Source: Antedon mediterranea (Eukaryota > Animalia > Echinodermata). From it: DNA of 64,000 nt. This document shows positions 13,501 to 26,082 of the stretch, piece by piece. The stretch's first letter is position 1. Every line of letters starts with the position of its first letter. Both the position numbers and the translations under genes were made by a program. The notes under the pieces are model-generated. The model made no database searches. It had not been told where the DNA came from and saw nothing but the letters and a program-made list of their open reading frames with translations. The stretch covers positions 29,385,648-29,449,647 of the forward strand of contig NC_092673.1 in the NCBI RefSeq assembly GCF_964355755.1, given 5' to 3'.

Positions 13501-16500
13501 CGATGTTTGCAGCACTAATTGCGTCGTCGGTTCCCACTTGTGATTACGCAATAAAGCACTTTGCGTCAATACGTCGCTGCGTTGCGTTCTAGTGTAGCAA
13601 TGTATTATTCGAACTGCCGCTTGCCATTGGTCAATTTGCTTGCGTTGCGTCCAAGTGAGAACCAAATTATTTGACCAATTACAAACGATGGATTATTTGA
13701 ACTTGTGATTAATTGGTTAAATTAATTTCATTGCGCGTACAACTATGTATGTAGTGTCTCCAGGGCTAGGATTGGTTAGAGAAGATGATAGTTTTTTGCC
13801 TAGTTTATTTATTCAATTCGAAAAGTTTTATTTTAATATTTTATTATGTATTAATAGATTTTGAAATTACACCATACGATTTTCAATTAGGAGTCGGCAT
13901 TTGCAAGCTTCTTGTCATTTTGTTTCATTTGTTTAGACCTCATTATTATTTGTGTTTCAAATTAATTTTATTTTTCTTTCAAATCAACGATTACCATCGT
14001 GCAGAAAAACTGCAAAGATATTCAGTCGCTTTATTATAATTAACCTAGGCTGAGTCAATGAATCCCAGTTAGGTAATTCGTCTACAAATGTAGCAATACA
14101 TTCAAATACGTGCCTATAGCAAATATTCAAATACGTGCCTATAATTATATTCATTCTATGTCTATTTACAATATTCCGGTTTTATTTGAATTGATTATTG
14201 CCTTATAGTAAATTTCTCTATATATCCAGTGAACATAACAAAGCACTACTATTATTTATTTATTGATATTTTTATATCTCATAGGTTTTGTCGGATAAGT
14301 CATCGATCAAAATATTAGGTTTCATAATGGCGTTGAAATTAATAGCACGAGTCAAATATTATATTACGAATATAATTAAAATATTAATAAGACGCATGGT
14401 TTGAATGATACGGTACAATACAATTGTACTACAAATTACAATTATATATCCAAAGGCAAAATACTGAAAAAATGACAATGCTGTGGGTATCAGTGGCTGG
14501 ATCTCAATGGAGATACAAATAAAATAAGCACTGAAAAAATGTAAATGCTGTGGGTATCAGTGGCTGGATCTCAATGGAGATACAAATAAAATAAGCACTG
14601 AAAAAATGTAAATGCTGTGGGTATCAGTGGCTGGATCTCAATGGAGATACAAAATAAAATAAGCACTGAAAAATGTAAATGCTGTGGGTATCAGTGACTG
14701 GATCTCAATGGAGATACCAAAAAAAGTAAAACAGCCAAAAAAGTTAGCAGAGCTTTCACGCAACACTAGTATAGCCCTTCATCAGTGCAAGTTGCGTAAA
14801 TGCAATATATATATATATTTATAATAATAATATAGGCTTTGCCTACAAAGCGCAACAAGCAGCAAAGGTGTATGAGATTTACAATTTTGCTGTTTATGGC
14901 GCCCCATATTCTTTGTTCTTTGTAGATGTGTCATATATCTAGATTTATGTTTGTGATTTCATTTGTGTTCGGTAAATTCATTTTTAGAATAGAAATGAGT
15001 CACATTATTACCTTGGAGATGAAACTGCTAATATCAAATCGTGAGAAGAACGGTAACGGCCAACTAGAGTCTTCAAATGCTTGTATTCTTCCGTCTATTT
15101 CCATCAGGTGTTGGCCTTCGCTCGACGGCTTGTACAGCTCTATTTCCAGCTCTTTTATTAATGAGTTTATTCGAGCCTGTTTACTAGCAAGATTAACAAA
15201 AATCACATTTCCATTATATCATCATTATCATAATCATCAGAGTGCACTTAGTATCCTCAATTCATCATATATTAATTACCGTAATTACAATCAATGTAAC
15301 TTTATATTACCTTTATTCAATTATCAACATTATTTTAGTAGTGATACGGTATTTGCAATCCACGGGTATACAGGTACCTCCATGCATAATTCTAATTTAG
15401 GCTATACACAATTTATTTTTAGAATGTTTATAGTTACATTATTATTATTATTATAAATATATTACGGTGACTGGTTTCATTTATTCCTCAAAACAACTAA
15501 TGATAATAAGACCTACTTAAATCATATGTGACGATAATTATTTATTTTACATTTTTATATAATTGCATAATATGCTAAAAACGATTAAACATTTTCACTT
15601 CTCGTTAATTGTCACGTGGCGAAAGGTCAGGGAAATAAACGCGCTTTGAAGTGCCATTAAGATTTGAAAATTGTTCTTAAATTGGCTACTTAAAATAAAG
15701 CAATGGGATAATAAAGTAGCAAAACAGAAAAAAAAATGAATAATAAAGAGTACTAGGCCCAAGTATTATACGCGTTATAGTCAGTGAAGCGAAACCCCGC
15801 GCAGCTTTAAACCCTGATCTTAATTAGACATGTTTTGTACGCGCTCATTGTCTTTGTATAATTTTACGTCGAGCATGCACAATGGTATCATAATTACAAC
15901 ACTCTACTAGTAGTTATGCCGTCAAGCATGTTCGTATCACGCTGTTGATTTTAACTATCGATCAGTCCTACTTTCTTTATACCATTATCGAATAACCACG
16001 TTCCGTCTTTTACCGTTTCTTAATTCTATCAATGTTTCCGCAACGTTTAGACAATTCAATATTTTATTTTACTTAAATGTTTTTATTCCTTTAAAATTGG
16101 TTGCCAGGAGAGAAGGACGCAAAGTAAAGCGTGGTTCCCACTAGAACGCAACGCAGCGACGTATTGACGCAAAGTGATGTATTGCGTAATCACAAATGGG
16201 AACCGACGACGCAATTGTGCTTCAAAAATCGGTTTAAGGGGGCTAACACAATTATTAGAAGGGCATTTTCTTACGTTGCGTAGATTGCGTTACGTTGCGT
16301 CGCTAGTGGGAACCAAGCTTAAGTGGCAACTAAGCTTTCGACATGATTTTAAGCAGAGCAGCTGTTTGTGAGATGTTTGCCATCCAATCAAATCTCGTTG
16401 CAATGCTCACGTGACTGAAGTTATACTTATATATTTATACTTATTATTATATTACTTATTTATAATATTATTATCAGTATCGTAATGGTCACGTGATAAA

Positions 16501-19500
16501 TAATAATAATAATAATAAATAATTAGTTATTCAACTTAGCATCGTGAAAATGTGTCAGGTCAAATGTGAATGTGTGACATTTACGTACATGATCACATGA
16601 ATTAATTATATAAAACACCTAACAGAAAAAAGTCGAATTATATACTTAGTTCTCACTATTACTAGCAAATAATTGCCTAACGACTTATCGGTTAGAGTAT
16701 ATTGATTTCAGTGTAGTGCGTTAACTCTCGTAAATATTATATACTATAGAAAGCTCTATTAGGTTTAGAAATTATAATGACAATAACGGAAATTATTCTA
16801 GCAATATCTTATTATTCTTGAAAATGGTCGAACATAGACGCGTTGCTTTCTCGTGATGTGGCTAAGGTAGGCTTATATATTATTTATTGTTGATATCGTT
16901 TATTCGTTTCAAGTAGACCTAGGCCGCCCATCCGATATTTATATTTTTTCTCAATTTCGCTCTACCTTTATTGACCCGTTGCATGTCCAGAAGAATGATA
17001 AAATAATGTAGTACCAGTGCTTAGTAAAAACGCAGCATTAATATGTAAAAACGCAGCACTAAAGCATGGTTCCCACTAGAGACGCAACACAAGGACGTAA
17101 CGCAACGTAAGTTAATTGACCAATGACATGCGATGGATCATTCAAACTGACGCTTGTCATTGGTCAACACGCTTGCATTGCGTTTACGTCCTTGTGTTAC
17201 GTCCTAGTGTGAACCAAGCTTTAGTAAAACGCAGAATCATGCACTAAGTAAAAACACAGAAGCACTAAGTAAAAACGCAGAATACTAATTAAAAACGCAG
17301 AAGATCTAGAAAGTGTTTTGAATTTACCGTACTGAACCAGTTTAGTACGGTATGTTTAATTAAGATACGATATAATTAGGCCTATTGATACTTCATCATT
17401 ACAATTAGTTGATATTGTCATGTTCTATTCAATGACACAAATCTATAATAAGCAAGTGAATCGGACTATGATAATTTTCAATGTATTAAATCTCGTTATG
17501 CCACAAAGCGGAAACCGTTATTTGAAAAACGGTAAAGAGGAATTACCTAATAAACCGCGCGCCGCAGTTGTAATGTTTTTTAAATTCTGTAAAACCATAG
17601 ATAAGAATGTGCAAAGGTAACAAATTCTCCAGTCCGATAATTTAATTTTAATTGTTGAATACAGGTTTATATGCCCCTCAAAACAACAATCTTTCGTTTG
17701 GTCATATCAGGGAGTAGGCCTACATAATTACAACTCTCTGGTCATATCGCATCACGAAACAAAAGCAAGCAATTGCGGCAGTTTTCTTTACGCAGTTAAC
17801 GCGTTACACTACATTGGTAGAGCATTATAACCGATGGATTACGCGTTATCATGATCCTCATAAACGCACTAACATTGAGAATGTCATTTAATATACAGAT
17901 TTTATAGTGATGACAACATTAAATGTAATTGTGTTATTTATAATACTAACATGTTAATCCAAGTTCTGCCAAGATCCCAGAAATCTTTTCCAGACGCCGC
18001 CTTCATTTGATGTGTCCACACACGACCACCCAAGCGTTCTACAAAATAATGTAATTAATATTCTTAGCAAATAGATAATGTACTTATAAACTAATGTTGT
18101 GTATACACGTATTAGACGTTTCAATAAGGTATGATAATTGAAGGTAATTACGTATCGTTGAATGGAGATAATTACCGTTCCTTGTTCCTTAAGGATTAAC
18201 AAGTAATAATGAAATTTAATTTGCTAATGACGTCTTATAATTATTATACACTAGGCGGCATCACATCGAATTTTTATCCCAATACGCCAGTTTTTATTAC
18301 TCCATAAGGACTGATTTTTTTACAGCCAATGCTTCTCGGTGTCAAACAATCCTGGATATCGTATATATATATATAACCTGCTAGACCATAACATACGGTT
18401 ATAGAACAGAAAATATATCGGAAAACTAAGTTCATAGGTAAAAGCATAACCGTATGAGATTTTAGCGTGGTTCCCACTCGCGACGCAACACAAGGACGTA
18501 ACGCAACGCAAGTGAATTCAAAGTAACATTCAAAGTAGAATTGACCAATCACAAGCGATGGCTTATTCGCTTGTGATTGCTAACCGTCTATAACTTCGCT
18601 TGTCATTGGTTAAAACGCTTGCGTTGCGTTTACGTCCTTGCGTTACGTTCTAGTGGGAACCAAGCTTTAGGAACAAGAATGTTGTACTTTCTGGTCTTTG
18701 AATGAATACATGAGCTATCCAAATACAAATGTGCATTTATAAGCTTAAGCTCTGTCTACACTATCAAACTTTATGTGACTAAAAAATGTGATGTGCATAA
18801 TTATATGGACATGATGATGTCATATCACTACCATATTTGGGTATATCACTACCATATTTGGGTACATCACAAACTAGTTTGATAGTGTACGTAATTCATT
18901 GCGCTGAGCTTACGTCATTGCGTTGCACTTACGTCATTGCGTTGCACCTATGTCATTGAGTTGTGCCTACGTCGTCGCGTTGCGCCTACGTCATTGCGTT
19001 GCGCCTAAAGCGTGGTTCCCACTAGAACGTAACGCAAGGACGTAAACGCAACGCAAGCGTTTTAACCAATGACAGGCGAAGTTATAGACAGTTAGCAATC
19101 ACAAGCGAATAAGCCATCGCTTGTGATTGGTCAATTCACTTGCGTTGCGTTACGTCCTTGTGTTGCGTCGCTAGTGGGAACCACGCTTAAGTGGGAACCA
19201 GACCAAACTGTAACTGTACAACTACACATACCCTTTGCTTCTAGTACAACAACTGAAATATTGTTGTTGTTTTTAGTTAGATGATAAGCGGCCGTTAAAC
19301 CTGATAGTCCCCCACCTACTACCACTACATCAACGTTCTCCGGAGCTCCGTGTCGTGCCTCAGGTGGTGGGGGTGGTGCAGATGGTACCATTGACTTAGT
19401 TGGTGGTGCCACTGGGGTGGATGATGCAGAGGTTGACGGCACGCTTGAATCCACATCATCGTCCTCTGATGCTGTGTTAGTAAATTTCTTCTGTTATTTA

Positions 19501-22500
19501 TAAAAAAAAAGAAGATTTTTTTTTGTTCTGAGATGGAGAAACTGTAGAATATTTTACGTTAACATTTAGCCTATAAAATTTACGATAGCCGTTTACATAT
19601 CTTTTATTAAACATATTGTCACCTGCCCAGTAACTATAGAGCTATCTATGTTGAGATTGCTTAGAATATAGAATGTTATATTTCAATTCGATATGGAGGG
19701 TAAAATTATTGTGAAACGAAAGTGGTATTTGAGAAGTTGTTTGGGGGCGTTTGAACTACGGTGTGCTGTAAATGTTTGTTTTTTTTAAATAAATTGAAAA
19801 TCATGGTATTCTGTACTGTCTTGAAACGTAACAAGAATGCTGTTGTTGTATCTTAATTATGAATGTTTCATTATATTGGATTATAATTTTAGTTGACTGT
19901 TTTGGAAATCAAACTGCAGTTTGAAGACTGTACGTTGCTAGGCCTTTCAGGACGTTATTACGTTTGGCACCATGGTTTACAGCGAAGTAAATTGTAGCCT
20001 ACTGTTGCTTACGAACGTCACTGTTTTAACGTCACGGTCAGAAGAGACGTTATGCGGAATATCCACCATCGATTAGTAAAGTAAGTCATGTTACTAATTG
20101 TTTTCTATAATATGTATTTTTATTTATAAAATTAATACACCGTCAAAGAAATGATTACAGTAGTATGTGGAAATATTCCCACTATAAGGGCGCGGTTCGT
20201 GGACTGCACCATTATCCGATTGCAGTACTCTACTTTTTTGTGTAAATGTATTTCTCTCATTAGAGAGAGAGAGGCTATTGTCGGTTTATCTAGGTAAGCA
20301 GGGCACCAAATAGACGTATAATTTCTGCCTGATCAAACATACATCAAACATCGAATTTCGGTAGACAGATCGAAAACATTAACCGATAATTATGATAGAA
20401 ACGTTCGAACAAATAATAGAAACAACCGGGTCCATTATAGCCGAACGACCGGGTCTATTAAAGCCGAACGACCGGGTCTATTAAAGCCGAACGACCGGGT
20501 CTATTATAGCCGAACGACCGGGTCTATTAAAAGCCGAACGACCGGGTATATTATAACCGAACGACCGGGTCTATTAAAGACGAACGACCGGGTCTATTAA
20601 AGCCGAACGACCGGATCTATTAAAGCCGAACAACCGGGTCTATTAAAGCCGAACGACCGGGTCTATTATAGCCGAACGACCGAGTCTATATAGGCGTTTT
20701 GTAACAAATATCGTAACTCGAGAAAGAAATAGTCAACAATCACCCCTTGAATAAACGAGCCATCAAATAGAAACAGGTAGGCCTATACCCTAACATTATA
20801 ATCAGAATAGGCCTACGTTGCATGAGGTTCAATAAATAGTTCCTGCCCCTTAACTCTCCCCCCCCCCCCATCCTCATATCTTTCGCCCCCACCCCCATAT
20901 CTGTCAATAATTTAAAATGAAATAATCACCTGACAACCTTGACTTACTGTAATGTTTAACCTGCTTTTGTTACCATTTTTATTGCACTGAATATGTTTAA
21001 ACCGAAAGTAATATTATTAGGGCAAGTTTGGGTATTTAACATATATACTTTCAGTGCCATTTTCATCATCTCATAGGTCCACATAATAATGATATAAAAC
21101 GGGTAGATAGAATAATGTGCCGGTAGTTGTATCTATAGATATAGACCGTATTCGGTTTTCATGGTTCATATTGGTATGTCGTATTATTATTGGTCGTTTT
21201 TTAGGTGCAGGGGTGACCGTATAGAGCAAAGATTAGAAAGTATTATGATGACAGTTAAAATGTCTTTATAGACTAGTATCAGGCGCGCCCCATCTCATAT
21301 TTGTTAAACAGTAACGTAATTTGATACCATCATTATTTATTATTAATTATAATGTGTTTACATTTTATTTTATCACAGTATTATATCCACGTACATTGTT
21401 TACAATTAATGCTACTGGTATATATTTACATTTAAAATGAGCGAAAATGTGTTTACACCGGCTGGTCACAACGTGCAATGATTTGCCTGGATAAAATCTT
21501 ATACTATTATGCTTTAATATAGGAAAGCGTTCATAGGAAGTTCCATTGTGTAGGTCCACGTACCCCACCTTATTTAACAGCTAAAATGCCATCTTATTAT
21601 CTACATTTTTATACATATCTAGTTTAAACACACTATTAATATTAAGATGGTATACTAGAGATCTCCCGTTTAAAAAATCCTGGATCCGCCTCAGTGTGAT
21701 AGATAACCTTTATTTTTCTCTGAAGATGCTTAAAACCTTGCTTTAGAAGATGATGCTTAAATGTCATAGCAATTAACATTATTATACAGTAATACAATTC
21801 AATTTCCGTCTTGTAGTTTCTTGTACAGTATTGTATACTATATAGCTTGCTTTAAAGATGTATTTTTTTTTTAATATTTTTTTAAAATTTGTTTTGTTCA
21901 ATATGCCATTTTAATGTCACCTTATAGTTATTCACTTTCACCAAAAATTAGATTACGAAAAAAAAATAATTTACCTGAAAAAACTGTAATTTAAAGCGAA
22001 ATAGTCAAAGTGGCTGTCAGCCAATGGGGTTTTGGTTGAATTTAACAGTTTATTTTGTCATATTAGTGAAAACATTTTGTCGGGTTTTTTTTTTCTACGG
22101 AAGTGATTAACTTTGTTAAAACTACAAAATGGCATATTCAAAGTATGATTTTATTAATCTTCATTTTTTAAAGTTTTTGGCGGACAATACATCTTTAGGT
22201 GACGTATTTTGAAGTCTGTTCTAGCATTTCGTGGTGCACATTTTGTTTTTGTTGGTTTATTATTATGCAGTGGCATTGAAGTCTAACGCTCTTGTAATTG
22301 CTTTCACATTAGTAAATCTGACGTATGTAAATACATTATGAACATTCGTTGTTTCGTCAGTATTCATTCGATTGTATACATTGATTCATTCATTCTTTTG
22401 TTCCGTCAACGGTTATTTTTATTTCAATATTATATTGAGGATCTATACTAGAAGAATAAATTATTCTTGTCACTAATAAAACCGTTATCAAACTAAAATA

Positions 22501-24408
22501 ATACAATTAATGTATTCATTAATGTTATTAACAAATTAAGTAATTGAAATATGCTAATTAGCTAATAATTTGAGTCTAAGAAAGAATACAGGCAGTGTTC
22601 CTATTAGGACTTTTACAATTAATTTTACATTTATTTGCTTTTTTTCTAATTATATTTATCCGATTCATTCTCAGTAGGCCTACTGTATTATTGTTCAGTA
22701 TCATCGGCAAATTCCGTGATACAACACCACACGTGTTTTATAATGTACCTGTATCAATAGATTATAACTTAACCCTTTCCATGATACAGGTACCACATGT
22801 GATACACATGAGACGCTGTATTGCAGAATTGTTTGACACTGGACTAATGTCATGTGGAGATACAGCACTGAGAATTGATTTATTTTGCCGATTATTATTA
22901 TATGCTGATGCCGATCTAACTGGCCATTATAATTTCAACCCCGTATCATTTATTTATTTTTACAATCATCCACATTATCGTATGTTCCTTAATTATCATT
23001 AACATTAACACTGACTGACCAATTGTTACTGAAAAAAACGATCTTTAACACTGTCAGATGTAGGTCAAATGAAAGTGAAATAATTAATTTGACGATAATT
23101 GGTATCACGAGATAATGTAATTGTTGCGGTAAGTCAAACATCGATTTAATTCTCTCGTACACAGGAGGCGAATGACACTCGTCCTACCAGCTGATTATTA
23201 TTACATACATTAATTATGCATATGAATTTGATTAATTAAAGCATCATAGACTCCCTCCTACATACTTTTTCCTAAAATAAATTACTAAATAAGTAATGTA
23301 TGTTTATAAGGAATATATTTACATATATACACATTACACGTACGTATTATACTATTAATAACCAATGATCTTTCATCTAAAACAAATATAAAACTGAAAA
23401 TAGACCAAGTAAAAGAGACAAATTTGAATACCATTCCAACGAGTATCCATACAATAGCAATATTTGCGTGCAATATTATGTTAACTAATATATAACTAGA
23501 TGTGCATGTCAAAGTTGAAATACTAGAGTTGCTAAGTGTGAAATTGAGCATGCGCGGAATTCTTTCACATATTTTTATCGTTAAGAAAGTAAAGAAACCT
23601 AAATGACTTGATCGTTTTTAATTTGTACATTGCTTGGAGTAATATTGATTGATACACATATCATACTTCAATAAGTGAAATATTCCTGTCAACCGAGACA
23701 TAATTGATAAATATTATGGACGTAATGTAACTAATACGAAAAACTAAAAAAAAGGAAGGAGGATAGCAATATGGTGCAATGAATGTGGAAAAACCTACAC
23801 ACAGTGAGAGGAGGATGAGAGGTTACAGATTTGGATAATAGTAAGCAAAGGTACTGTTCCGTGTGGGGTGGGGATGGGGGCGGGGTCGAAGGGCAAGGGA
23901 GAATAAGACACTTGACTAAATATACAATTCAGAAAAGTATGAATCAAGACAGGATGGAGAAACAAAGAGAAGGCAACAGAAAGAGAACGATTACAACGTG
24001 AGGTGTGGGCGAAGGTGAAATAAATGATAAATTCTACCTTAAAGCAGAGAAAGCTTATCCCCTTGATAAAGGTTTCGAGGATAAATTTAAAAAGATTGAG
24101 AATAAGAGAGAGGTAGAGATGTATGTTAGGCCTTAATATTACTAAACACAATGACAACAATGACTATGACACCAGAAAGAGATACTCTTTTACCCAAAAT
24201 ACTATCTACTACCCAAAAGATGACATGGTGTGCATAAGGTGCGTACTATCAATGTTTGTACGCGCGCGTCTACTTTATTGTGCCACATGAAACTATTTAG
24301 TTAGGCCTATTCTGGTTTAACATTCATGTTTACCTGAACACTGCTTAGAACATCTTTAAAGTCCTGAGCGAACTCTTGGAATTTATCCATGCTAGGAGAG
24401 GAAAACAT
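7574..24408 (-). CDS. Flavin-containing monoamine-oxidase-family protein, about 568 aa, 12 exons, divergent active site
   Basis: Phase-compatible GT-AG exons: 24334-24408, 20948-20986 (these two are less certain), 19232-19490, 17951-18038, 15012-15183, 11594-11708, 10750-10907, 9984-10164, 9144-9418, 8589-8678, 8135-8235, 7574-7727. Motifs are collinear with MAO-A/B: DVVVVGGGLSGLTAA, LEAKERLGGR, WDLGRTW, GGSQTLCEVLA, TYPEAFWKKKG, DWTDEPF, RIHWAG, GHMEGSVESGSRAA. Confidence 0.92.
10851..11390. repeat. Tandem duplication of an exon start and its acceptor, interrupted by a retroposon 3' fragment (11023-11286)
   Basis: 10851-10989 is repeated at 10990-11022 plus 11287-11390. The insert carries an A-rich tail on the minus strand. 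Confidence 0.8.
12085..13740. mobile_element. Cluster of family-B MITEs (12085-12239, 12523-12749, 12768-12946, 13395-13594 inside an older copy)
   Basis: Shared TIR and GACGCAACG/CGTTGCGT subterminal repeats. Two internal types occur: a 179-bp hairpin type and a roughly 200-230-bp type. Confidence 0.88.
14461..14790 (-). mobile_element. Penelope pLTR/retrozyme-like repeat: hammerhead motif plus about 66-bp tandem units (about 4)
   Basis: Unit is CTGAAAAAATG..AATGCTGTGGGTATCAGTGGCTGGATCTCAATGGAGATACAAATAAAATAAGCA. A second copy with the same terminal motif lies at 52009-52476. Confidence 0.6.
14744..14790 (-). ncRNA. Minimal type I hammerhead ribozyme motif (stem II degenerate)
   Basis: Minus strand reads GCA CUGAUGA AGGGCUAUACUAGUGUUGCGU GAAA GC UC UGC: both conserved core boxes, palindromic stem III (AGCU) and stem I GCA/UGC. 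Confidence 0.6.
16128..16319. mobile_element. MITE family B
   Basis: Both TIRs present with TAA/TAA TSD; sits inside a remnant of an older copy. Confidence 0.88.
17015..17305. repeat. About 20-bp tandem repeat (GCACTAAGTAAAAACGCAGA) interrupted by a family-B MITE (17063-17220)
   Basis: Repeat units flank the MITE on both sides; the insertion is at GCAC|TAA|GTAAAA. Confidence 0.8.
18464..19203. mobile_element. MITE cluster: B (18464-18666), A (18748-18889), 19-bp tandem of the B subterminal motif (about 18895-19005), B (19009-19187)
   Basis: TIRs and TWA flanks are visible; the 19-bp unit is TACGTCATTGCGTTGCGCC. Confidence 0.85.
20421..20690. repeat. 23-bp minisatellite (GCCGAACGACCGGGTCTATTAAA)n, about 11 units
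   Basis: Contiguous direct repeats with no spacers. Confidence 0.95.
21856..22194. mobile_element. Kolobok-type MITE (family D), degenerate
   Basis: TTAA-AGATGTATT ... GGACAATACATCT-TTAG; internal sequence is shared with 27774-28320. Confidence 0.65.
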
Positions 24409-26082
24409 GTTGCATAAAGTGTTATTATATTCAGTCTTAGAGTTACGATTTGTCAGTTGTTGATCGATCCACTTCCACGGCAAAGCATATCAATTTACTA
24501 TCGATAAGCACTCATCATTGTGTACAAGAAGCACATTAACAGGCCATTCACACGATACAACCTCCGCTAAATTCCAAGGTTAATATCAAACCGACGTTCT
24601 AATTATAATAATGTTGAGAAATTACATTTAAAAGAAGATAGAGTACGTACGAATTGATACGGAAAATGTTACCGTCGGCTCCTGGATATTATTTCTGACT
24701 CGCTGCATAAAAAATGTTCCACAATATCTCAATAAACACGCGAATAAACCGAACAGGTATATCTGTGCATATTTCCACTAAAATTAACGAGAACCTTTGT
24801 TTGCGTTATGCTAATAATACCAGCACAAAATATCAACCTTTGTGATTCGATCCGTATAAGGAATAAATATTCATTCTATGGCATGCGCGCAAAAGCCAAC
24901 GCTATCTTCGTCGTTCAACAACAACTGTGTGCTACACTATTGTATCGTTTATACTGTTTGGCATTAGCTGCTGCAATGATACCGAGTAGTAGATGATATA
25001 TGCACATAAATCATTGTACGCAAATTGAATATGCTAATTGCCGCTTTGGCGTTTCATAAAATGACAGAATGATAAATTATTCAGATCTGGCGTTAAAAGG
25101 ACAATGCTAAAAGTAGCAGTAATTTGTGCAGTATGACGTAATTATAACAATACAGGAAATAACAATGATCATTGGGAATAGACTACATTTGATTACGTCA
25201 CGCAATCTGTTGATATTATGTTTCTATTTTTAATAGAAACATCCTTATACTCTTTCGGATGACGACCAAATTCTGTCTGTTTTTTCAACAATTTTCATTT
25301 TGTAAAATCAATAAAGAATTGTAGTAAATGTCATGTAAATTATGAGGGCGGTTTATTTAAAATCAATTATCGTTGTAGGCCATCGTAAATTCAGATTCCT
25401 CAGAAATATCTGCGTTTTGGCAAAAAATCATTTACTTATGAGTATCACTTATTTAGTAAAAACACAACTAGTTTTGATAGGCCGTGATATTTTATTTCTG
25501 CAATACAAAACTAATAACGAATTGATTGATTACCATTTGCTTTTAGATTATTCATTATTATTCGTTATAAGTTATGATAGATCATCTCTCAGAACAATAT
25601 CAATCATACAATATCAATTCTATTTCACTTTTTGTTTATAAGCAACACTGTTGAAATTTCCGAAGCAAAATGAGAACAAATAAGTTAGAAGAACATATAT
25701 TGCTTTTGTTTAAATATGTTTTATATTTAGGGTGTATAAAAGATGTGAAAATCAAAAAGACAAAAAAAGAAGAAGAACATAATTACATCAACTGTTTCCG
25801 TCTTATTTGCTTCAAATATTAATATTTATGTGCGTATCGTTCTTTAAAGTGCTGTTGTTAAAACGGTATGTTTTAATAGGCCTTTTATTATCTTCACTGT
25901 TATACAAAAGATGTAAAATTACTACGGTACTACAGGCTAAATAATAATAATATAGTTTTCTTCCTAAGTTATGCTTAAAGGAAGCTAATCTATTTGAGTT
26001 TATATCATTTATAGGAATTTATATACTAATTATAATAATGCTAATTATAATAATAAGATAACTAATTATCCCTGGTCAACTA

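Noticed and set aside
23760-24200. Purine-rich stretch and ORF 23795-24160
   Set aside because: Compositional bias only; no recognisable motif or splice support.
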